Shown here one piece after another: positions 49,991 to 62,659 of a DNA stretch of 64,000 bases. Position 1 is the first letter of the stretch. Every line of letters begins with the position of its first letter. The stretch spans positions 270,816,001-270,880,000 of the forward strand of contig OZ024741.1 of assembly GCA_964016885.1 (NCBI GenBank), read 5' to 3'. The stretch comes from Eledone cirrhosa (Eukaryota). A program made the translations under genes and the position numbers. Below the pieces are notes generated by a model. It was not told the origin of the DNA and searched no databases. It saw only the letters and a list, made by a program, of their open reading frames with translations.

Positions 49991-51238
49991 AATGCCTCAA
50001 AATGACTTAGACATTGCCACATGTACGAGCTAGCGACACCCACTGCTTCAGCCACTCACTGGACTCCATCCACAGGTGGGATGTACTCTTCCAGATTTTG
50101 TAGAGGAAAATGGCAATTCAACTGATACGAAAAGAAAGCGGTCGGTCAAGTCGCAGTATTTAGCTAACGCCCTCTCCTTCATGTTATGGGTAACATGAAG
50201 GGTAATAATTTAGTGATTCCTTGCGGTATATTCAAGTTGAAGTCTTTGTTCTAAATCAGGAAGAGAAAGAGTAAGAGGGATGGGGTGGAGAGCGAGAAGA
50301 AATAAATAGCGTCTTACCCTTTTTCTTTATCCATAGAGAAAGACTGAGATAGAATTAGATAAACAGATGCAGAAATAAGGATGGATTTATTAAATTTGTA
50401 TTTCTCTATCTGCTGGATCCAAAGTAGTTTGAGGTGCATGGATAATTTGAAATTTGTAATGTTGAAATCCAAATGCAGAAATTGCTATATGTAATAATTA
50501 AATCTTGAATATGTTGTATGAATGCTCCTGTAACTCTCGAGGGAGTCCTAGGGGCGCCACATTGATATACAGTGTTTCTTGGACATTTTAAAACCTGGCA
50601 GAGCCAATCCCCTCTCCAGGTCTGAATACAGCAGATTTCTTCCAGAGAAGGATAGAGAGAGTGAGAAAAAGATATAGACGAAGAATCAACCTCAGTATTT
50701 GACTGGTACTTTTTTCTTATCAACCTAAATGGATGAAAGGCAAAGTTGTTCTCGGCGGTATTTGAATTCAGAGAGCATAGAGCCGAAACGAATAACACAA
50801 AGCATTCCGACGTTCTAACGACTATGTCAACTCACGACCTTGATCTGTATTCGAGATGTTTGGGGGAGTCGGGCTACGGACTTCGAGGTTCTTATCTTCA
50901 CTGGCGGCTTGCCTAATTGAGGTAACTGGTGATACTCTTGAGGATGCTTAGGTGTTCCAGTGCATCAGCCTCACCATCACTCGGGGCAATGCTGCGAGCA
51001 TGCTGGCTTGCCTCAAAATTTATTAGAGAGGTTTCCCAATGCTCCTCGCGATATTGTTATTTTTTGTTCTGGCAGTGGTTCATTTGTCCACCACTTTCGC
51101 CTGCCTTTTGATGTATGTGGTCCTAGATGTGTTTATCACCTGCTTGTATGTTGTTTTTTCTATTTCTCTTTCTTTTTCCTTTCCCTTTTCTTTCTTTTTC
51201 TCTCTCTCTATTAGCAATATTATGTTGACGGTTATGCC

Positions 51239-51464
51239 TTAACCCTTTAGCATTTGAACCGGCCTTATCCGGCCAGAATTCTCTCACCTCTTTCTGTTCA
51301 AACAGTTCATAACTGGCTGCTCATACCGACGTAAAGGTATTGTTCTCAAAATAAATATCAAAATCTCATAGGTTCGATATTATGTTAGATAATTATTTGA
51401 GGTAAAGTCCTTTCTGTGAAAATACAATAGTAAGTCCAGAGTAATGTGAATGCTAAAGGGTTAA
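51239..51464. mobile_element. piggyBac-type (TTAA) MITE
   Basis: TTAA-CCCTTTAGCATT...AATGCTAAAGGG-TTAA, perfect termini. Confidence 0.82.
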
Positions 51465-53239
51465 TAAAACTCACTGTAACATATAATAGACATATGTTCT
51501 ACATGTTTATGTGTTATGAGTATAGAGTAGAGAGTAAGATAGTGAAGCCCTTCAGTCATATTCGAGATATAGTGTTCGTTCTAAATTAGAGAAAGATAGA
51601 ATAAGAAAGAAATGAGGTGAGGAGAACAAAAGGATTTACTTCACCTTGAACAGATAAAGGAATATAAATTTTAGTAAATCCAACACATCATTCTTTTCTC
51701 TCTCACTCTCTCACTTTCTTTTTTTTCTCTCTCTCTCTATGTTTCTATCTCTCTCTCTTTGTTTCTCCCTCACTCTCTCTCTCTGGCTAAAGAAATATAA
51801 AGAAAAGCATGAAAGACCCTATCTTTTTGTTCCCCCTCCTTCATCATCATCATCATCATCATCGTTTAACATCCATCATCAATATATGGGAAATGAACAG
51901 CTAGTAGAATGATAGATGAGTGTTCCAGTTGATATGATCAACGGAACAGCAAGTGACTGAGCATTCCACAGACATGTGTAACTTACTTTCAGTTCTTGAA
52001 TAATCGTCCGTCCCCCGCTTATAAATTTTTCAGCTCCCACCTCCCTGCTTATTAAATTTTGCTAATCTATCTCCGGCAAAATTTTATTGTAAATGATTCA
52101 TATTGATACAGTAGCTGAAGAATCTAATAATTGTTTCTACTTTTGGCACAAGGCCAGCAATTACCCAGTGCATTACTGGTACTTTATTTTATCGACCCCG
52201 TAAGGATGAAATGCAACTAATAATAATTATATTTTATATTAAAAAAAACAATATATATGACAAAAGAAGAACATTTCAAGAAATTCCATATTTAGGAACG
52301 TACACTGTACAATTACAGATCTCCCTCCCACTGCTTTTAAGAATTTAAGCAAATGTCCAACCGCCCCACTTATTTCAACCTCTCCCCGCTTATTCCAAAC
52401 CCCCTATTATTTGGGACCTGATAGTTCTCAGGGAGATTCAGCATGACCCAGAATGTGACAAGTCTAGCCCTTTGAATTACAGGTACAACTCATTTTTTGC
52501 CAGCAACATGAAACAAAGTGTCTTGTTTAAGGACACAGCGCACCGCCAGGAATCAAACTCATGATCTTACCCTAACCCCAAAGCCACGCACCTTCATAGA
52601 TCTTGAGCAATGTTTAAATCTATAATAATTAGTTGTTTCAACTTTTGGTACAAGGCCAGCAATTCCCCAGTACTTTACTGGTACTTTATTTTATTGACCC
52701 CGTAAGGATGAAAGGCAAAGTTAACCACGACAGGATTTTAACTCAGACCATAAAGGGACATAACTATGCTGGAAAGCATGGCGTCCGACCCTCTACCGAT
52801 ACTGTCAATCCACCGCCCTTTAAAAATCTATAATAATTAGTAATAATTCTTCCTTCTTCCGTGAAATGAAACCTTTCTCTCTTGCCAAAGAAAAAAATTA
52901 TAAAGACTATCACTTTGTTCCCCTTTCCCCTCTCCTTGAGTACATGGGAAATGAACAGTTAGTATGATGATAGACTGAAGAGCTACGTATGTTTAGACCC
53001 TGAGCTATCTTTAAATCTAATACCTTTAGTTTAATAATATTTCCATGTTTAATGAAAAGAAACCTTTTTCTTATTTGAACACAAAGTTCAACAAAGAAAT
53101 TCAAGTAATCAGATTTAAATCATTTACAACATTGATTTTATCATCAGAAAGTTTACTAACTCGGGGTTTCCCAAACTTTTTCAAACGCGGAACCCTTTTT
53201 AGTTCAGAAACTTTCTAATACTGTTAAATTATTGAAATA

Positions 53240-53753
53240 CTAGCAGTGGTACCTGGCGTTGCACGGGATAATGTATTGTAAAATATTAAACCGCCTTAAC
53301 TAAGCTTAGTATTGCCACAACCACGGCACAGAAGTAAGGGTCTGGTGGTACGTAAGTAAGCAACACTGTGGCTTAAAACGTGAGGAAGAAGTTGTGTACA
53401 CTTACCAACTGTTTGGGGAATGAGTGTGAGATTTGTCTCGAGCAAGGGTGGTAGAATAACCGGATGCGGCAGACAGCCAGACATACAGACAGATATTATA
53501 AGGGCGCGACGTTATATGTATGTATCTATCTAAAAAGAGAAGACTAAGAATGATAGAGAGAGATCGCTAAATCGCCTAATGCGGTTCCTAGGGCATTGAA
53601 AATTTGAATTTTTTTTTTGGCTCAGAACACTCCCTGAAACATAAGTATTACATGTGTAAAGTTTGAAAATAGTCGGTTGGGTGCTTCTCTAGTTTTAGAG
53701 ATTCAAACTCACACACACGCACAGACAGACATCCTCAGTTTTATATATAAAGA
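53240..53753 (-). mobile_element. Non-autonomous Helitron
   Basis: Minus strand: a|TCTTTATATAT...(CTGT) repeats...CCCGTGCAACGCCAGG...CTAG|t. Confidence 0.7.
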
Positions 53754-56169
53754 TAAATATACTCCTCTACCTTTTTTCACAGAACCACTGCACTAACTAA
53801 CCCTATCGCCTTTCCTACAATGTAAACATCTTTTAACGATTGTCAAGCTACTTTCATTAATTTTATTATTATTATAATTTAAACAAAGGGCGGTGGATTG
53901 GCAGTATCGGTAGAGGGTCGGACGGCATACTTTGCAGCAAAGAGTTACGGCCCCTTATGGTCTGAGTTCAAAGCCCGCCAAGGTTAACTTTGCCTTTCAT
54001 CCTTACAGGGTTGATAAAATAAAGTACCAGTAATACACTGGGATAATTGCTGGCCTTGTGCCAAAAGTAGAAACAATTATAATTTAAACAAAGGTGTTTA
54101 TGTAAAATATATTTTACAAACAAAAGTTATACAATTATGGAAAATATTTAAAATAAAAGGATAAAAACAAAATTAAGTAATGAAAAACAAAGAGAGAAAG
54201 GCAGCTTTGGCTGTATGGGAAAGTGGAGGAGAGGACTATAAATGCTATAAATGAGAAGAAAAGGGGGGAAAAAGCAAGGACTATAGGGAAAAGTTTAGAA
54301 CTAAGGAAGGGAAAGGAGAAGGGTGACAGACTCTACACCTAGGATGGAGCGGTGTTTCAGTTGAGCCCCACGGACAAAACTGCAAAGGCATTTCCGCAGA
54401 CAATGGCCAGCGACACCCGCTACAACAACCACCCCACTTCACGGGAGTTAGATACATCATCATCATCGTTTAACGTCTAAACGATGATGATGATGATGAT
54501 ACGTTCTTCAGTAATTCGTCTTTAATAAGGAAAAAACTCAAGAGATTTTTCTCTTCTGTTAATACCATAAAATATAAATTATGGAACCTGAAATGTTCAG
54601 ATTATGTCATCATTCAGTAAATTGATCATTCCCCCCCCCCTTCTGTAATACATACATGTATGGTCCTGTAACTCCTGAAGGAATCCTAGGGGCACCGTTT
54701 TGACATACAGCGTTTCTAGGGCATTCTTTTAAAAAAACCCTGACAGAGCCCATCTCTTCTCCAGGTCTGAATACAGCAGATTTCTTCAAGAGAAATATAG
54801 ACAGAATGAGAGAATGGAAGTGAGAAAGAGATATTGAGGGAGAATCGACACCAGTACTAGACTGGTTCTTTCTTTTTATCGACCTCGAATGAATGAAAGG
54901 CAATATTGACCTCAGTGGGATTTGAACTGAGGGAGTAGAGAACGAAAACGAATACCACAAAACTTTCTACCCAACGTTCTAATGACTGCCAATTCACTGC
55001 GTTTTCTGTTCTACATACTGAAGGATAAGTTTGGTTCTGTGATTATTTAATAAGTCCCAAATTCTGTTGATGTTGACGCCATCAACTTGTCGACTTTCCA
55101 TTCATCTTTGAGGCAAGTAAAGCATAAGGTTGTTCTTTGGGTTGGCAGTATCTCTGTGCTTTACAGCACAGAGTTACACCCCTTTATGATCTGAGTTCAA
55201 ATCTCACCGGGGTTCACTTTGCCTTTCATCCTTCTGGGGTCGATAAAATATAGTGCCATTAATGCACTGGGATATTTGCTGGCCTTGTCCCAAATGTAGA
55301 AACAATTATTATAATAATTATTTATTATATTAACAATACATAGTGTATCAAAAAGAATCATCCCATTTTATTTACAATTTTTACAAATTCTCAATATGTA
55401 AATAACTTTATAAACATTTATAATAGTTATAAAAAAAAAGAATAAAACTTTATATTTAGACATATACTCTAGGGTTTCGAATATCCTTCCCCTTCCCCCT
55501 TTACTTAATATTTCAGACTTTTTCCAGCCCCCTGCTCTTATTCCACCCACCCCGCTTATTAAATTTTACCTAATCTATCTCCGGTGAAATTTTATTTTAT
55601 GTAGTAGCATTCCTGCGACCATTCATTTTCTTTAGACATTAAAAAACATTATACATGACAAAAAAAATACGTTACAAGAAACGCATAAATAGGATGGGTT
55701 GGGGGGGGGGGGAGGGGTCTCAATATGTAAACTAAATGACTAATTCTGGTTTAAAAAATAATCAACGGCGACAACCTAGAAAAATTATCGATTTTCTACC
55801 CCATCCCCGCTTATTCCCCCCTCCTATTATCTGGGACCTGAGAATTATCGCATGATTATATGATCATTTGTTTAAAAAAATACTGCCTTTTGAAATATAA
55901 CCTTTTTTTGATAGACCCTGTATTTTCTAATTTAGTCACAAAGCCACCAAATCTGGGAAAACAGCAAAGTTGATTAAATCAACCACAGTACTTAACTGGT
56001 ACTTTATTCTAACAATTTCGGAAGGATGAAAGATAAAGTTGACCTCCACACAATTTTACCTCAATCTGTAAAGAGCCAGAATAACTACCACAATTGTATT
56101 TTAGCCGACACTCTACCAAATCTGCCAATCCGTCTCCATCCTTCATTATTATCCTCCCTTCTCACCTCA

Positions 56170-56535
56170 TCCTCATATCTGAGGGTCAGGGGCTCATGGA
56201 CTTATGGATCAGCACTCTCCATCTTTTCCTGTCTCTTGCCAGTGCCGTACATTCCACCAAACTCCTTCCTGTCCATTCCTTAATATCATCTGTCCATCTC
56301 CTTTTCTACTTTCGCCTGGCCTGTTTCCCCTGTATTCGTCCCTCAAGGATGTCGGTAGTCAAATTTGGGGCCCTGATGACATGACCAACATACTGAAGTT
56401 TCCTCTTTCTTATTGTTTCAACCAACTGTCGATTGGTACCAATATCTTCCAGGACAGATTTATTTGTTCTGTGAGCTGTCCAACTAATTCTAAGTGCATG
56501 CCTATAGCATGACATTTCAAATGCACTCATTATTA
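56170..56535 (-). mobile_element. Old RTE-type LINE 3' fragment
   Basis: AFEMSCYRHALRISW...RKLQYVGHVIR...ILEGRIQG. Confidence 0.75.
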
Positions 56536-58465
56536 TATTGATTTCTTATTTAGGCACAAGACCAGCAAATTTGGAGAATCAATCCTAGAAGTTATCGAAC
56601 TGGTACTTTATTTTATCGACCCCAGAAGGATGAAAGGCAAAGTTAACCTCGATGGAATTTGAACTCAGAATGTAAAGAGCCAGAACAAATGCCACAATTG
56701 TATTTTATCTGATGCTCTACAAATTCTGCCAATCCACCACCACCATTATTATATTAATGTTATATCGTGAAACATTAGTTGTTTTATGGGAGGTTGTCTC
56801 AACCACGCTTCTGTGAGATAAAATAAGGTGTCATTTTTTGAAGCCTCTAAATGCAAGCCCGACAGCAAAATGGCAGAATTATTACAACATCGGATAGGAT
56901 GCTTTGTGCCTTTCGTTCCGGCTCTGAGTTCAAATCCTGCTGAGGTCAACTTTGACTTTTATCTGTTCGGGGGTCGATAAAACAGTATCTACCAAGTATT
57001 GGAGTCGATTCTTCCTCTATGTTCTATATCTCTTTCTCACTGCCATTCTCTACAAGTACCATACTGAGGTAGATAAAAAACAAGTTCCTTATTAGGGTAG
57101 ACTCTTCCTCTATATATCTGTCTTACTCCTTCTCTATCACTCGTTCTCTCATTCCTCTGGAAGAAATTGGCTGTGTTCAGATCTGGAGAAGAGATAGACG
57201 CCGCCAGGTTTAAAATGCCCAAGAAACGCCATATGTCACTATGACATCTCTATGACACCACCAGGAGTTATAGGTCAAGAAAAAGAAGAACACAGTATTA
57301 GCTCCATATGCTGTCAGCTCTTATTTTTGGTGCCAATTATGGAATAACAGTTATCGGTTACGAATACAATATTATTTTTCAAAGGGTGGTGGATTGGTAG
57401 AATCAGTAGAGCGTCGGACAACATGCTTATCGGCATAGAGTTACAGCCTTTTATATTCTGAGTTCAAATCCCACCGAGGTTAGCTTTGCCTTTCATACTT
57501 ACGGGGTGGATAGAATAAAGTACCAGTAATGCACTAGGGTCGATTTAATCGACTTTCCCCTCCCCAAATTGTTGGTCTTGTGCATAAATCAGAAACTATG
57601 ATTTACGAAAGAAATATACCCGTATATTATATTTTGTGTAACGTAGGTTTAGCAACACCACGAAAACCAAAAACTGTTCCATTTTCAACAACTACAGTAT
57701 CTATCTAACTGACTGGCATTCAGTCGGTTACAACGACGAGTGTTCCAGTTGATCCAATCAATGGAGCAGCCTGTTCGTGAAATTAACGTGCAAGTGGCTG
57801 AACATTCCACAGACATGTGTACCCATAATGTAGTTCTCAGGAAGATTCAGCGTGACGCAGAATGCGACAAAGCTAGCCCTTTGAATTACAAGTACAACTT
57901 ATTTTTGCCAGCTGGAGCAACGTGAAATAAACTGTCTTGCTCAAGGCACAACTCGTCGCCAGGATTTCTAACTCACGACCTTACGATTGTCAGCCGAATA
58001 CCCTAACCCCAAAGCCATGCGCCTTCATACTACAGTAGCTAACTGTACATCTATGACATAATTGTTTCTACTTTTGGCACAAGACCAGTAATTAAGTAAT
58101 TATCCCAGTACATTACTGGTACTTTATTTTATCGACCCCGTAAGGATGAAAGGCAAAGTTAACCTCGGCGGGATTTGAACTCAGATCATAAAGGGTCATA
58201 ACTCTTTGCTGCAAAGCAGGGTATCCGACCTTCTACCGATACTGCCAATCCCCCATCTACGACATAATGCATATTCAAATTAATGTATCTGACAATCATA
58301 GCTCAAGTTTGAGCGACTGACTGTAAATCCATCAATTATTAGGATAGAAAACTTTTGTTTTGTAGATATCTATTATCTTCCATACAAAATGACATAGAGA
58401 AGCTTTCTTCTTTTCAGTGATAATGTCTTAGCTATGTTACTGTCTGTAAATATATATATATATAT

Positions 58466-58885
58466 ATCATCATCATCATCGTTTAACGTCCATCTTCCAC
58501 GCTTGCATGGGTTTGGACGGGAGTTTTCCCACTTGAGGCAAGATTGGTTGTCTTGCTCGTATAGGACTGTCTGGCGGGTTTTCTACGGCTGGATGCCCTT
58601 CCTAACACCAACCACGTTTACAGTGTGGACTGGGAGGTTTTTACCGTGTTGCCTACACGGCCACATTACAGCGTGGACTGTGTGTTTTTTTGTCGTGACA
58701 CCTACACGACCTCATTTATTTCGGACTGCATGTTGTGGTACCAACATAACTTTACATTGAAAGGGGTGGTGTGGATGGGGTGGGGGTAGTGAAACGGGGG
58801 GGGGGGGGTATTTTTGTTAAGAGGTGCCTACTGACTGTAGGTTTCGCTTTGTACTTAAGCAAGGCAGGTCTTCTCTATTACTATG
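58466..58885 (-). mobile_element. RTE 3' UTR fragment
   Basis: Homologous to 11575-11990. Confidence 0.82.
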
Positions 58886-58914
58886 TAGTATATATATATA
58901 TATATATATAAGTT

Positions 58915-59024
58915 GAAAAAAAATGAAAACGAAATTTCATTTCTCACTCTTAGTACGGCACTTACTTAAATGTAAGTATGTATGTATACGTACATACATA
59001 TATGTATACAGACGTACAGTAGCA

Positions 59025-59070
<46 letters not shown>

Positions 59071-59149
59071 TACACATACATATATGCACGCATCAGTTTA
59101 GCTACTGTACGTCTGTATACATATATGTATGTACGTATACATACATACT

Positions 59150-59155
<6 letters not shown>
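58915..59155. repeat. Fragment of the 430-bp unit family (no HHR) with a short inversion
   Basis: Matches ~6265-6390; ~59103-59150 is inverted. Confidence 0.75.
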
Positions 59156-59185
<30 letters not shown>

Positions 59186-59510
59186 CAGAAGACAGAAGAT
59201 CAATATTTTCTTTTCAGTGATAATTTCTTAGCAATGTTACCTTCTGGACATATATATATATTTTTGAAAAAAAGGAAAAGAATGACTTCACTTGTAGTTC
59301 TAAATAATTTGATTTAATTTTATAATATTATAATAATTGTTTCTACTTTAGGCACAAGGCCAGCAATTACCCAGTACATTACTGGTACTTTATTTTATCG
59401 AAACCGTAAGGATGAAAGGCAAAGTTAACCTCGGTGGGATTTGAACTCAGACTGTAAAGGGATGTAACTATGCTAGAAAGCATGGCACCCAACCCTCTAC
59501 CAATACTACC

Positions 59511-59684
59511 ATGAGTTGGTAGATCTAGTAAGTTCCTTGTTAACTTCGGTGGGAAGAATTTTAAAGATTCCTGTTTGGATTTCAGTTTGACAATCGTCAC
59601 CGATGAATGCGAGAAAGTTCTCCAAGAAAGTTTAAAATTCTTCCCACCAAAGTAACAAAGAACTTACTAGATCTACCAACTCAT
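59511..59684. repeat. Imperfect fold-back inverted repeat
   Basis: ATGAGTTGGTAGATCTAGTAAGTTC...GAACTTACTAGATCTACCAACTCAT. Confidence 0.8.
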
Positions 59685-59785
59685 ATTATTATAATATTAT
59701 AAAATTAAATCAAATTATTTTTTTTCAAATATACCTAACTGTACCAAGGACCTCACACATTTCCAATATATATATATTATATATT

Positions 59786-59821
<36 letters not shown>

Positions 59822-59826
<5 letters not shown>

Positions 59827-60160
59827 TGTCAGAAGATAGAAGATCAAGACAGAAGTTGATCAATGTCTTCTTCTTTTAAGTGATATAAAGTAATTAAGTA
59901 TGAAGTGTCCGATTTTGAATTGAAAGTTTAGTTTATTTGCGGACATTTCATACTTAAAGACTTGATAATTTCTTCGTAATGTTACTGTCTGGAAATGTGG
60001 TCTTATATATTGTCAGAAGATAGAAGATCGAGACAGAAGATCATCAATGTTTTCTTTTCATTGATATAAGATAATTAAGTATGAAATGTCAGATTTTTAA
60101 TTGAGAGTTTAGTTTATTTGCGGACATTTCATACTTAATGACTTAATAATTTCTTAGTAA
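59822..60160 (+). repeat. ~185-bp hairpin-containing unit in tandem (related copies ~59180, ~61440-61640)
   Basis: ATTGTCAGAAGA(T/C)AGAAGATC starts; TTAAGTATGAAATGTC...GACATTTCATACTTAA stem. Confidence 0.7.
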
Positions 60161-60186
60161 ATCTCACTGATAAAATGACAAGTCAG

Positions 60187-60590
60187 TCAATCATATTGGT
60201 GGCCTCCCCAAAGCCCTGGGAGAAGGTGTTTCCCCGGAGGACAGCAAGGGAGGCGCGCTGAAAGAGCCATTCCAACTCGGGAGGCGCGCTGAAAGAGCCA
60301 TTCCAACTCGCGAGGCTCACACCTGAGGCTGGCCAGTTCAGCACCTATGGTGGTGTGTAGGGAGGTATCCCTAGGGCCGAGGACACCAGAAGTCTCCACT
60401 GCCAAAGGTACAACCGCAAACCTGTCGGAGAGTGACCGGTATTTGGAGAGTTTGGCCTCCTCAGCCCGACGTGCAGCAGAACCTGGGTTAGTTGCAGACT
60501 GCACCAGGTTGCGGCTGGAGAAAGTGTTGGTGCAAGTGGCATCCCAGACGAGGGGTTTGCCCCCGCAGAACGGGAAGATGGTCATCTTAT
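60187..60590 (-). mobile_element. Restriction-like endonuclease fragment of a CRE-type non-LTR retrotransposon
   Basis: GKPLVWDATCTNT...AEEAKLSKY...PLAVETSGVLG; internal ~32-bp direct duplication. Confidence 0.7.
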
Positions 60591-61887
60591 CTATGATACA
60601 GTATGAAAGATGAATGTATGTATAGTATATTTGGCAGTATACTGTATGTTTAATTAAAAAAACATTTTGAAGACCATTCACTATGAGTTTTAAAGTAGTG
60701 ACTATGTCACTTACTTATTTTTGGCAAAAACAAAGTATATTGCCAAATATACTCTACATACATTCATGTATACACCGCTATTTCAGAGCACCAATACTAA
60801 TACCTCTATGAAAGATGTTTAACAAATGATGTTTATTTAGCAGTATCCGTAGGACGTTGGACAACATGCTTAGCAGCATAGAGTTACATCCCTTTACGTT
60901 CTGAGTTCAAATCCCGCCGAGGTTAGCTTTACCTTTCATCCTTACGGGGTTGATAAAATAAAGTACCAGTAATGTACTGGGGGTTGATCTAATCGACTTT
61001 CCCCCTCTCCCCAAATTGCTGGCCTTGTGCCTATAATAGAAATCATTATAAAGGAGCAGAAACTTGGAGTTACTTGGAGACTGGCTTTAGATGACTTCAG
61101 AAAATAATCGTTTCTACTTTTGGGACAGGGTCAGCAATTACCCCAGTGCATTACTGGTGCTTTATTTTATCGACCCCATAGGGATGAAAAGCAAAGTTAA
61201 CCTCGGAGGTATTTGGACTCAGACAGTAAAGGACCGTAACTATATGCTGCAAAGCATAGTGTCTGACCCTCTACCGATACTGCCAATCCACCGCCCTTCA
61301 GAAAATAATGTATTCACAGTTGTATAATAACATTACAAATAACAACACTACAGATATTTAAAAATGGAAAATAAAGAGAAGAGCAAGGGCTCTGGGGTCA
61401 CAGAAGAACTATGATATTGATTGGAAATATATATATATATATTGTCAGAAGACAGAAGATCAAGACAGAAGTTGATCCATATTTTCTTCTTTTCAGTGAT
61501 ATAAGATAATTAAATGTCCGATTTTTAATTGAAAGTTTAGTTTATTTTCGGACATTTCATATTTAATGACTTAATAATCTCTAAGCTATGATATTGTCTG
61601 GAAATGATGTCATATATATTGTCAGAAGACATTAGATGGTCAATGTTTGCAAAGTGAATATTATGTTGAGTAAAAAAAGTTCATATTTGGTTTGTTTGTT
61701 GATTCTCCATTGACTTCGTTTGAGCCATGGATTAAGTGATATCTGTTTCTAATTTAGACACAATGTCAACAATTCTTGGGTGGAAAGGAAAGTCGACTAT
61801 ATCGCTGAAGGGGGTTTACCACTTCATATGTACTGTGTACTTTATGATACTAATACAGTATCAATTAACTAAGACCAGCTACTAATT

Positions 61888-62140
61888 TCTTCTTCTTCTT
61901 CTTCTTCTTCTTCTTCTTCTTGAGAGGGTCGTGGGTGGGGCCAGAGTCCTCAAACACTCCTTCCAGCAGGTCCCATCAGAAGCAACTGTCTCCAACTGAC
62001 CCGGCTGGATCTCCAAGCGAGACCAGCCAAGCTCATGGATGTTATCCAACCATCTTGCTCGGGATCTACCCTTGGGTCTCCTGCTGATTGGTTTTGCCCG
62101 TAAAATCTATCCAACCATTCTTTTCTGAGACATTCTATTA
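61888..62140 (-). mobile_element. LINE 3' fragment with (AAG)n tail
   Basis: Minus strand encodes RRPKGRSRARWLD...W; (CTT)n run on plus. Confidence 0.55.
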
Positions 62141-62659
62141 ATTTAATACTTTTAATAGTAAACTACCTAAAACCACCCTTGTTACTATCACACAAAACTG
62201 TTTATGTAGCATTTATAATTATCAGCAAACTTTCGATTGTAAGTCTATGTAAGTAGATATCGACCCCGGAAGGATGAAAGTCGAAGTTGATCTTGGCGGA
62301 ATTTGAACTCAGACACTTGAAGAGACGTAACAAATGTTACACACGGCATTTCATTCAATGCTTTACCGATTCTGTCAATCCACCACCCACAATGACTTGA
62401 GGAATATCAACACTAGATTTATTTACCCAAGACAAAACATTTCTATGTTTTACAGAAGTTTGGCAAGAAGGCGGTGGATTGGCAGTATCGGTAGAGGGTT
62501 GGACATCATGCTTTGCAGCAAAGAGTTATGGCCCTATATGGTCTGAGTTCAAATGCCGTTGAGGTTAACTTTGCCTTTCATCCTTACAAGGTCGATAAAA
62601 TAAAGCACCAGTAATACACTGGGATAGTTGCTGGCCTTGTGCCAAAGGTTTTGTCATAT

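Larger units (their letters stand above)
46985..62650. mobile_element. Region with ~20 dispersed Meta/MESC-like tRNA SINE copies (approx. 47146-47260+, 48789-49010-, 49227-49395-, 50700-50840-, 52630-52820-, 53888-54080+, 54845-55000-, 55140-55310+, 56540-56745-, 57383-57600+, 58060-58255-, 59335-59510-, 60835-61050+, 61105-61298-, 62469-62648+)
   Basis: Recurrent A/B boxes and AACTTTGCCTTTCATCC...GTCGATAAAATAAAGTACCAG; the copy at 48789-49010 has the TSD TCAAAGTAAATAATG. Confidence 0.85.

Noticed and set aside
53095-53150. CTGATGA on the minus strand
   Set aside because: No GAAA box follows the candidate stem
53888-53990. tRNA gene
   Set aside because: The A/B boxes belong to a SINE head with extended spacing and a SINE body; no full cloverleaf
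59595-59640. CCGATGA...GAAAG inside a palindrome
   Set aside because: Stem II is plausible but there is no stem I or stem III pairing
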